Shown here piece by piece: positions 1 through 7,083 of a stretch of 52,931 bases of DNA. Every line of letters begins with the position of its first letter. Position 1 is the first letter of the stretch. The translations under genes and the position numbers were made by a program. This stretch comes from an uncultured Planctomycetales bacterium (lineage in GTDB: Bacteria > Omnitrophota > Gorgyraeia > Zapsychrales > JBDRMG01): contig CAYZIY010000012.1 in assembly GCA_964478715.1 (NCBI GenBank), positions 1 through 52,931 of the forward strand. Reading direction: 5' to 3'. The notes beneath the pieces were generated by a model. The model searched no databases and was not told the origin of the DNA. It was given only the letters and a program-made list of their open reading frames with translations.

Positions 1-29
1 AATGAAAATAATAAATTTAAAAGAAAGAG

Positions 30-575
30 ATGAAAATGATCAAAGCTAATCCTGATGGGCACTCTCCCGAAATCCATCCTTCCAGTTATATTGATGAAAC
101 AGCAGTTGTGATAGGGAGGGTTAAAATCGGAGGGAATGTTTTTGTCGGCCCGGGGGCAGTGATCAGGGCTGATGAGAAAGAGAGTGAGATTATCATAAGC
201 GATAAGTGCAACATTCAAGATAAAGTCATCGTTCATTGTCTGGAAAATTCTCAAGTTGTGGTTGGCGCCGTCACGTCTTTAGCCCATGCGTGTATTGTTC
301 ACGGTCCGTGTGTCATAGGTCAAAAATGCTTTGTCGGGTTCGGAACGGTTTTATTTAAAACACAAATTCATGATGGAGTGATTATCAGGCATAATTGCTG
401 CGTGGAGGATATGAATATCCCCGCGGGCTCGTTGATTGTTTCAGGAAGCTGTATATCCACAGAGGAGGATATCACTTGTTTAAAAACCGCTGCCCCTGGG
501 GACTGGTCATTCGCGCAGAAAGTTATGGATGTCAATTGTGATCTTGTTAAGGGATATAAAGAAATGAGAGAATAA
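30..575 (+). CDS. gamma-class carbonic anhydrase-like / hexapeptide-repeat (left-handed beta-helix) protein
   Basis: 181-aa ORF. Hexapeptide pattern (VIGRVKIGGNVFVGPGAVIRAD) and His positions (IVHCLEN, HACIVHGP) are typical of the gamma-CA/YrdA family. Confidence 0.8.
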   Translation: MKMIKANPDGHSPEIHPSSYIDETAVVIGRVKIGGNVFVGPGAVIRADEKESEIIISDKCNIQDKVIVHCLENSQVVVGAVTSLAHACIVHGPCVIGQKCFVGFGTVLFKTQIHDGVIIRHNCCVEDMNIPAGSLIVSGSCISTEEDITCLKTAAPGDWSFAQKVMDVNCDLVKGYKEMRE

Positions 576-723
576 AGATAAATATTGTGGTATATTCGGG
601 TCAGGGTTAAGAGTGCCTAATATTATTAAGAAATATTTTCCTCTCTGATCATCGGGGATGGTAAGTTTAGTTGCTAATTTAATTTGTGGATCAGCAGCGC
701 GCGGGTTAGGATACTGAAGACCC

Positions 724-1123
724 ACCCCATGGTTCGGCGTGTAAAAAGCCCCTCTTAAGAGGGGCTTTTTACGTGCTCACCAGAGCCCTGAGCTCTTGCA
801 GTGAGCGGAGTCGAACTGTGTCGAAGGGTGTGATATAATTCCTTTTATGTGGCATGTCTATATTTTAGAATGTAAGGATAAGACTCTTTATACTGGCGTC
901 ACAAATGATATTTGTCGACGAGTAAAAGAGCACAATGATAAGAAAGGGTGCAATTATACCAGAAGCCGCACGCCTATTAAACTAATCTTCCAAGAATCCT
1001 GCCCGAGCATGTCATCTGCATTAAAACGTGAAGCCCAGATTAAAAAATGGAGCAAGTCCAAGAAGTTATCGCTGATTCACGGAGATCTTCAAGGTTTGAT
1101 AAAGTTAGCCAAATCCCGAGAGT
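724..1123 (+). repeat. left copy of 400-bp direct repeat (terminator + GIY-YIG gene)
   Basis: Base-by-base comparison by eye with 46325-46724 (offset 45,601) found no mismatch. Identity starts at ACCCCATGG and ends at the first base of the GIY-YIG stop codon. Confidence 0.9.
743..770. terminator. bidirectional intrinsic terminator hairpin
   Basis: AAAAAGCCCCTCTTAAGAGGGGCTTTTT is a perfect palindrome with an A-run on one side and a T-run on the other. Confidence 0.7.
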
Positions 1124-1125
1124 AA
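847..1125 (+). CDS. GIY-YIG nuclease family protein (URI-domain, ~92 aa)
   Basis: WHVYILECKDKTLYTGVTNDICRRVKEHN is the GIY-YIG motif plus the conserved Arg/Glu region. A duplicate lies at 46448-46729. Confidence 0.85.
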   Translation: MWHVYILECKDKTLYTGVTNDICRRVKEHNDKKGCNYTRSRTPIKLIFQESCPSMSSALKREAQIKKWSKSKKLSLIHGDLQGLIKLAKSRE

Positions 1126-1326
1126 TTGCCCCAAAATGGCCCAAATACTCTCGAATCGTCGGACTCTCACTTTTGGGGTTGTAGTTGACCCATTCGACTA
1201 TGCTCAGGGTCAACCCTGAGCTATTAATCTTGGGCTGTCGAAGGGTTGACAATTTCCTGGCTTCTAGTAAGACTCTCTGATTGTCGCAAGAAAGGTTGTC
1301 AGTAAAAATGGTAAGCGGGTGAGTAA

Positions 1327-1379
1327 TTTGTGAATAAATAATATTCGGTTTGTGAATAAATAAATTGCGATTTGTGAAT
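1327..1379 (+). promoter_or_regulatory. three phased direct repeats TTTGTGAAT(AAATAA) upstream of the AAA+ ATPase gene
   Basis: Copies start at 1327, 1349 and 1371, an exact 22-bp spacing. They lie immediately upstream of the RBS GGAGGTG (1401-1407) and the ATG at 1413. Confidence 0.35.
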
Positions 1380-1412
1380 TCGCATGGTATCCTATCTTCA
1401 GGAGGTGAAGAT

Positions 1413-2633
1413 ATGGGGTATGTTGCAAGACATATTGAATCAAGACTTAAAGAGGCATTAAGTATTCATCCCGTAGTCATTTTATCCGGTCCCCGGCAGG
1501 TTGGCAAAAGCACTCTTCTTCAGAATGCTGCCTGTTTAAAAGGATGGCATTATATGACTCTGGATGATCCAATCTTGCTTGAACAGTCTAAAGAAGATCC
1601 CAAGGGGCTTCTTTTTGATGATGCGCCTGTGATCATTGATGAGGTGCAACGATGCCCGGATCTTTTGGTAACGGTCAAATATTATGTTGACCAATCAAAA
1701 AGAAAACGTCGTTTTATACTTTCGGGTTCTGGAAATGTCTCCTTGAGAGGATCTCCCAGAGAAACGTTGGCAGGAAGAGCAAAGTATCTTCATTTAACGG
1801 GATTTTCTTTTGCTGAAATTCAAAAGCGTAAAGATCATCAATTATTGGATAGGCTTGTGTCGAATAAAGAGATTTCTACTGGTATGACAGCGGCCAATGC
1901 ATCTTTCATTGAATCAGCATGGAAGGGTGGTTTGCCTGAGATCGTTTTGGCATCAAAACCGCAGGTTGTATCCGAGCTTATGGGTGGATATGTTGATACA
2001 TATATTGAACGCGATATCCAGGATTTGGTCAAGGTAAGGTATCCACAGAATTTTCGTCGTTTGATGCAGGCTTTAGCAAAAGCAACAGGCTGGGAAAGCA
2101 ACCAGGACGAATTAGCAAAGATGTGTGGAGAAACTAGGAGCAATGTAAGTCGGCATGTCAGCCTTCTTAAGAATACTCAGCTCTTATATGAATTGAGAGG
2201 ATTTGTGGCGCGAGGGGAAAGAGCGTATAAACAGGCAAAATATTTTTGGTTTGATTCAGGTGTTGCTTGTTTTATGGCAGGCATTTCCTCAGACAAGGAC
2301 CTTAAAAAAGAAAATTTAAAAGGCAGATTTTTGGAAAACTTTATTTTCCAGCAAATTCTAGCTTGGGCTTCTTTGCAACAGATTCAACCTGAAATCTATT
2401 ATTGGAAATCAAAACAAACTAATACTGAAGTGGATTTTATCATTAAACATAAGGATGCTGTATTGCCGGTTGAAGTCAAATCGGGAGATAGTCTGGATTT
2501 TAGAGACACCCGTTCGGTTCGAGAATTTTTGAAGCGGCATCCTGATGTTCCATCTGGGGCCATCATTTATACAGGGAAGAAGGTTTATCCCGTAGCCAGC
2601 AATGTCTGGGCTGTTCCCTGGCAATTGTTGTAG
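1413..2633 (+). CDS. AAA+ ATPase, AAA_14/DUF4143-type
   Basis: Walker A is GPRQVGKSTLL and Walker B-like is VIIDEVQ. The C-terminal half has the PD-(D/E)xK-like EVDFII...PVEVK segment typical of DUF4143 proteins. ATG 1413 is preferred over the TTG at 1365 because of the RBS. Confidence 0.85.
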   Translation: MGYVARHIESRLKEALSIHPVVILSGPRQVGKSTLLQNAACLKGWHYMTLDDPILLEQSKEDPKGLLFDDAPVIIDEVQRCPDLLVTVKYYVDQSKRKRRFILSGSGNVSLRGSPRETLAGRAKYLHLTGFSFAEIQKRKDHQLLDRLVSNKEISTGMTAANASFIESAWKGGLPEIVLASKPQVVSELMGGYVDTYIERDIQDLVKVRYPQNFRRLMQALAKATGWESNQDELAKMCGETRSNVSRHVSLLKNTQLLYELRGFVARGERAYKQAKYFWFDSGVACFMAGISSDKDLKKENLKGRFLENFIFQQILAWASLQQIQPEIYYWKSKQTNTEVDFIIKHKDAVLPVEVKSGDSLDFRDTRSVREFLKRHPDVPSGAIIYTGKKVYPVASNVWAVPWQLL

Positions 2634-2654
2634 TATATCAGGGGGCCTGATATA
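2634..2654 (+). terminator. hairpin immediately after the ATPase stop codon
   Basis: TATATCAGG-GGG-CCTGATATA forms a 9-bp stem. There is no clear U-tract. Confidence 0.35.
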
Positions 2655-2687
2655 CGCATAATTCTATAATGTTGAGATGATTTAACC

Positions 2688-2714
2688 GGGGTTCAAATCC
2701 CGTCAGCGACCCCA
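2688..2714 (+). other. tRNA 3'-end fragment (T-loop + 3' acceptor strand + CCA); likely att scar
   Basis: GGGGTTCAAATCCCGTCAGCGACCCCA reads as a TTCAAAT T-loop, a 5-nt T-stem strand, a 7-nt acceptor strand, a discriminator and CCA. No matching 5' half lies upstream. Confidence 0.4.
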
Positions 2715-2813
2715 GTTGTTACTCCCACGCGAACCGGCGCACTTCCGTGCCACAGTTCGAGTGGGAGTTTTTCTTTATCTACAGACGATCCTACCGATTT
2801 TTCTGCACAGGAA

Positions 2814-3320
2814 ATGCTCGAATATCTGGACTACATCCAAAGATGCTCAAGAATCTGCCCAAGAACTTACTGGTGCGAGTTCCCATACTACACAGTCATA
2901 AACGGCCAAAAACAACACTTCCGCCTAGGCTACCGCCCCCAAGACCTCGCAGACATCGAAACCATTGAACAGAAGACATGGAAAAAGCACATCGCCCACC
3001 TAAACCGCCTCGAAAATTTCCCGCTGGACAAAGCCGAATACTATCTGCGTCTCAAAGAAGCGCACGGCGTGAGTTCTGTCAGAAGCCTATCAAAAATCAC
3101 AGGCGAAGACTGGTCATACATAGCCAAAGTACTCAGGACGATTGATCTAGCCGAGCCAGTAAAAGAATACCTGCGGGAAAACAAAGAAAACCATGCGGTG
3201 ATTAGATTTTTTAACCTCAAAAGACTCGTAGACATCGTAAAGCAAGGAGAAGAAAGGTTTCAATTGAGATGTTTCAGGGAATTCTTGGAGATATTGGAGT
3301 CTTCAAAATATAATTATTGA
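2814..3320 (+). CDS. hypothetical protein with ParB/KorB-like HTH segment
   Basis: SVRSLSKITGEDWSYIAKVLRTIDLAEPVKEYL resembles the ParB HTH followed by the 'LP..v.e.l' region. The start codon is uncertain, and the 5' part lies in a visibly GC-richer patch. Confidence 0.45.
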   Translation: MLEYLDYIQRCSRICPRTYWCEFPYYTVINGQKQHFRLGYRPQDLADIETIEQKTWKKHIAHLNRLENFPLDKAEYYLRLKEAHGVSSVRSLSKITGEDWSYIAKVLRTIDLAEPVKEYLRENKENHAVIRFFNLKRLVDIVKQGEERFQLRCFREFLEILESSKYNY

Positions 3321-3391
3321 CAAATCTTTATGTATGGTATATATTCCCAATATGGGAATAAATGCAAAAGTAATATGCGATACAGGAAAAT

Positions 3392-3679
3392 ATGAAATTA
3401 TTGGGCAAAAATATATTACAGAATTTCAAACAGCGGCATGCCGACGCTCGAGCACAAATTGATTCTTGGGAAGCGGAAGTTGAGGATGCCCAATGGGGTA
3501 CGCCGCATGTTCTAAAGAGTAGATATCCGAAGGCGAGTCTTATTGGAGATCAATTGGTAGTTTTCAATATTTGTGGAAATAAATATAGGTTGCTAGTACA
3601 GGTTAGCTATAAAAACGGGATAGTCTTTGCTAAGAAAATTGGTACACATAAAGAATATGATAATTGGAATATAGAGTAG
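3392..3679 (+). CDS. higB: type II toxin HigB-family mRNA interferase
   Basis: 95 aa. The sequence DAR..I..W...V..A.W..P..lk..Y..AS..g...VFNI.GNKYRL matches the HigB_toxin family as I recall it. The stop lies 8 nt before the antitoxin start. Confidence 0.85.
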   Translation: MKLLGKNILQNFKQRHADARAQIDSWEAEVEDAQWGTPHVLKSRYPKASLIGDQLVVFNICGNKYRLLVQVSYKNGIVFAKKIGTHKEYDNWNIE

Positions 3680-3687
3680 GGGTAAAA

Positions 3688-4899
3688 ATGCGTAAAATCA
3701 AAGTTATAAAAACTGAACAAGATTATCAAGACGCATTAATTTTACTTGAGGAATTAATGAGTTGTGATCCGGATCCTGAATCAGTTGAAGGAGAGCAACT
3801 CAGCCTTCTTAGCACCCTCATTCAAGATTACGAAGCTCGAGTATTTCCAAAGACTTTTCCTAATCCTATTGATGCTATTAAATTCAGAATAGAGCAAGCT
3901 GGTCTTAAACCAGTAGATTTGATTCCTTATATTGGAAGTAGAAGTAGAGTTTCAGAAATTCTCTCAGGGAAAAGACAATTAACTCTTGATATGGTTAGAG
4001 CATTATCTGATGGACTAGGAATTCCTGCTGAAGTATTGATAAAGAAGCCAGATTTAGAGCAAGAATCAGAATATCAGAATTGGGATAACCGGTTGGTTTC
4101 AGAAATGGAGGCACGTGGTTATTTTGGCAAAAATTCAAAAAAACATAGCAAAGCTGATCTTCTTGCAAATTTCTTTTCAATAATTGGTTCTCCTGCGCAA
4201 CTCGTTGGCATGGCAAGAAAATCTAGCTATAGATCTTCACCGTTAAGCGATAAACATGCTTTGGCTGCTTGGGCTGTATGTGTAATTAAAAAAGCTAAGA
4301 ACATTAAAGTTCAAAAAAAATATCGACATGGAACTATTAATCTTAAATTTATGCAGGAGTTAGCAAAGTTAAGCATGAAAGAAAATAGTCCAATATTGGC
4401 TCAAGAGTATTTAAGAAAATATGGAATTATTTTGGTTATAGAGCCACATTTTTCTAAAACTTATCTTGATGGTGCTACCATTTTAATTGACAAAGATAAT
4501 CCAGTTATTGGTCTTACACTTAGGTATGACCGATTAGATAATTTTTGGTTTACCTTAATGCATGAATTAGCACATATTGCTAAACATTATGATAGCGACG
4601 TTAGCCTCTTTTTTGATGAGCTTGAGGGAATAAAAAATATTGATATTGATGAAAAGGAAGAAGAAGCCGATGCTTTGGCAGAAGAAGCACTCCTTCCGAA
4701 AGCAAAATGGGAAGTTAGTCCAGCTAAGCTAATTCCTTCTTCTATGGCTGCAAATAGTCTAGCCCAAGAACTAGGAGTTCATGTAGCGATTATCGCAGGT
4801 CAAATTAGACATAAAGGCAATAAATATGTTTATTTGAATAAAATTGTAAATGAGGCAAAAGTAAGAAAGTATTTTCCTGATGAAAAGTGGAAGAAATAA
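3688..4899 (+). CDS. HigA-type HTH antitoxin fused to ImmA/IrrE (COG2856) zinc metallopeptidase
   Basis: The N-terminus is a HigA/COG5499-like HTH (SRSRVSEILSGKRQLTLDMVRALSDGLGIP). The C-terminus carries HEXXH (FTLMHELAHIAKHY), typical of ImmA/IrrE. ATG 3688 was chosen as the start (MRKIKVIK...). Confidence 0.8.
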   Translation: MRKIKVIKTEQDYQDALILLEELMSCDPDPESVEGEQLSLLSTLIQDYEARVFPKTFPNPIDAIKFRIEQAGLKPVDLIPYIGSRSRVSEILSGKRQLTLDMVRALSDGLGIPAEVLIKKPDLEQESEYQNWDNRLVSEMEARGYFGKNSKKHSKADLLANFFSIIGSPAQLVGMARKSSYRSSPLSDKHALAAWAVCVIKKAKNIKVQKKYRHGTINLKFMQELAKLSMKENSPILAQEYLRKYGIILVIEPHFSKTYLDGATILIDKDNPVIGLTLRYDRLDNFWFTLMHELAHIAKHYDSDVSLFFDELEGIKNIDIDEKEEEADALAEEALLPKAKWEVSPAKLIPSSMAANSLAQELGVHVAIIAGQIRHKGNKYVYLNKIVNEAKVRKYFPDEKWKK

Positions 4900-6040
4900 T
4901 ACATCTAATTCAAAACATTATGTGCCGATACTAAAGTGGAAGCGTGCTGAGCAAGGCGCTCTGGAAGCAATGGTAGATAAATATAAGGGGTTAATATCAC
5001 CTGTTATAGAGCTTGTTATGCCGAAACCAAAATCATTGTTCAAAGATAAAAAAGGGACAATTAAAAAAAGTCGGGAAGAATTATTCCAAGAATTAATTGC
5101 CACTTTTCGAACAAAAAGAATTCCTGAAATTCCAGAAGAGATAATGAAATCTTGGGAAAAAAAACCAGCATATATAGATTTTAGTCTGCTATACACTGTT
5201 GATTTAAAGGTGGAAAGCATAAAAAGAATATTTGTAAAAGCGACGGAAAGCGGTTTAAATTTAACACCTATATTGAATCTGAGCGACAATGATGAAGTAA
5301 AAAAAGCAATCAAACAAATATTTAAAAAATACACTAATAAAATATGTTTTCGGATTGTTTCTAGTGAGTTAGAAAATATAAGCAGTCTTAATAGCCAATT
5401 AGATGGTCTCCTTCAATATTTTAATGCGGCCCAAAGGGATATTGATTTATTAATTGATCTTAAAGAGGCCAAGAGTGATGATGGCGGTTATTATCGAAGA
5501 TATTTTAACTATAGTCAAGGAATTAAGAATTTGATTAGCTGGCGAAATTTTATTTTTGCGTGTGGGGCGTTTCCAGGGAATTTATCTGAATGCTCGATTG
5601 ATGAACCAACGTATATTCCTAGAACGGAATGGATAAATTGGATGAAAATCAGGAAATCAGAGGCTAAAAGAGTCCCAATTTTTGCAGATTATGCAGTTAG
5701 AAACCCGATCTATAATGAAACACTGCAATTTTATTCTTCTAGCGCTAGTATTAAATATACGCTTGAAAGAGATTGGATTGTTTTAAGGGGTAAGGCAAGA
5801 AAGTTTGAAGATTATTTGGCTCATGCATCATTGTTAGTAAAAGAGAAGTTTTTTTTGGGAGAAAATTTTAGTGAAGGAGATAGGTTTATTGTTGAGAAGG
5901 CACGCTATTTCCCAGAATATATGCAGAAGAAAATTGAAAAGAAAAAATTGGATGGCACAGGGAATACTGCAATGTGGCTTGAAGCGTTTATAAATCACCA
6001 TTTAACGCTAACGGCAAATCAGCTCGCCAATCTCCCCTAG
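4880..6040 (+). CDS. Beta-protein family (T4 'beta protein' / sce7725-like) protein
   Basis: The N-terminal YVPILKWKRAEQGALEAM motif is recalled as the hallmark of Pfam Beta_protein. The start overlaps the upstream gene by 20 nt. Confidence 0.65.
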   Translation: MKSGRNNTSNSKHYVPILKWKRAEQGALEAMVDKYKGLISPVIELVMPKPKSLFKDKKGTIKKSREELFQELIATFRTKRIPEIPEEIMKSWEKKPAYIDFSLLYTVDLKVESIKRIFVKATESGLNLTPILNLSDNDEVKKAIKQIFKKYTNKICFRIVSSELENISSLNSQLDGLLQYFNAAQRDIDLLIDLKEAKSDDGGYYRRYFNYSQGIKNLISWRNFIFACGAFPGNLSECSIDEPTYIPRTEWINWMKIRKSEAKRVPIFADYAVRNPIYNETLQFYSSSASIKYTLERDWIVLRGKARKFEDYLAHASLLVKEKFFLGENFSEGDRFIVEKARYFPEYMQKKIEKKKLDGTGNTAMWLEAFINHHLTLTANQLANLP

Positions 6041-6632
6041 AAACAAGAAGAGCATGTCGTACTTGTTCTTTGAGATCATCCAAGTTTAATACATTAGCAA
6101 GTCTTTGATAAATAATTTCACGTGGTTTTGAACGTATCCCCTTTGCCTTATCCTGCTTTTCTAGAATTTGCAGTGCTTCTTGTCTCCACAACAATCGTGC
6201 TACGGAGATTCCTATTTGATTTGGATTATCTTCAGCGTTTCGAATTGTTTGAAAATATATTTTATGGTTAGTATCAATTTTTGCAACAGTGATACCCCAC
6301 CAGTCAGGGATAATATTTATGGCATGATATAAATGATGTTTTCCTACAACCAGAGTTAGCTTATCAAAAACCTTGTTGAATTCGTTCATTTGTTCCGGTA
6401 GTCGATCGAGTGTGTCGCTGTCGCTTTTGATTTCATATCCATGCATAACGCCATTAATGACAGCGATATCTATTCTTGCAGTCCCGTGTTTTACGCCCAA
6501 TTCTTCAAAAATTTCGGCGGGGCGTTGGCTTTGTCTGCGATAGTTTTCCAAATCTTTTCTTAAGGCTTCTCGGAGAGCTATGCGTATGTTTTTATCGTTT
6601 GTATAAAAAATGGCATTTTTAATATTTATCAT
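5988..6632 (-). CDS. sce7726-family protein (predicted restriction-endonuclease-like fold)
   Basis: FEELGVKHGTARIDIAVINGVMHGYEIKSDSDTLDRLPEQ matches my memory of the sce7726 family signature. It converges on and overlaps the Beta-protein gene. Confidence 0.65.
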   Translation of the reverse strand: MINIKNAIFYTNDKNIRIALREALRKDLENYRRQSQRPAEIFEELGVKHGTARIDIAVINGVMHGYEIKSDSDTLDRLPEQMNEFNKVFDKLTLVVGKHHLYHAINIIPDWWGITVAKIDTNHKIYFQTIRNAEDNPNQIGISVARLLWRQEALQILEKQDKAKGIRSKPREIIYQRLANVLNLDDLKEQVRHALLVSRGDWRADLPLALNGDL

Positions 6633-6795
6633 AATAAGAATATTTTAACATATTTCTATAGCAAAAAAATATTTTTATGTTTTGTTTAGCGCATTCATTT
6701 AGTGCAAGCTTTCAATTTGAAATTGATAGAGAACTGGGGAACGGTATAAGTTATTGTTATCGGGGGCAGATATAAACGTTACTAAAATCATAAAA

Positions 6796-6823
6796 TTGAC
6801 ATAATTTCGTTTTGGTGTAGAAT
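6796..6823 (+). promoter_or_regulatory. sigma70-like promoter for the HTH/SNF2/R-M operon
   Basis: TTGACA (6796-6801), a 16-nt spacer, then TAGAAT (6818-6823). It lies ~70 nt upstream of the ATG at 6894. Confidence 0.45.
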
Positions 6824-6893
6824 GGTAACTAATAATAAGTAAAAATAAGTACGATTTTTATGCTAAATCTCATAAACGTGGAGCTATTCCGAC

Positions 6894-7073
6894 ATGGAAA
6901 ATATAAGCCAATATCTCACAGTAAGGGAAGTCTCTGAAAAACTAGGCGTCACTGAAAAGTGGGTTCGCGATCTTATTCAGGCGAAGGAATTGAAAGCTGT
7001 AAAGATTGGAAAGTGGAGGATCAAACCCCAAGACCTTCAAACTTTCATAGACAGCAGATATAACAAAAAGTAA
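6894..7073 (+). CDS. small excisionase/MerR-type helix-turn-helix DNA-binding protein (59 aa; absent from the ORF track, presumably too short)
   Basis: My own translation is MENISQYLTVREVSEKLGVTEKWVRDLIQAKELKAVKIGKWRIKPQDLQTFIDSRYNKK. This is the classic HTH_17 pattern (LGV....V..li..g.l.a.kiG..wri). Confidence 0.7.
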   Translation: MENISQYLTVREVSEKLGVTEKWVRDLIQAKELKAVKIGKWRIKPQDLQTFIDSRYNKK

Positions 7074-7083
7074 GGGATAGTGT

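Noticed and set aside
507-725. 72-aa minus-strand ORF between the carbonic-anhydrase-like gene and the left repeat
   Set aside because: It overlaps the 3' end of the well-supported + strand gene, has low-complexity composition and no RBS or motif. It is probably a shadow ORF.
2716-2968. Overlapping 61-aa and 73-aa + strand ORFs rich in Arg/Pro
   Set aside because: They overlap each other and the 2814-3320 ORF in a GC-rich patch and carry no motifs. They are likely frame artefacts of the composition.
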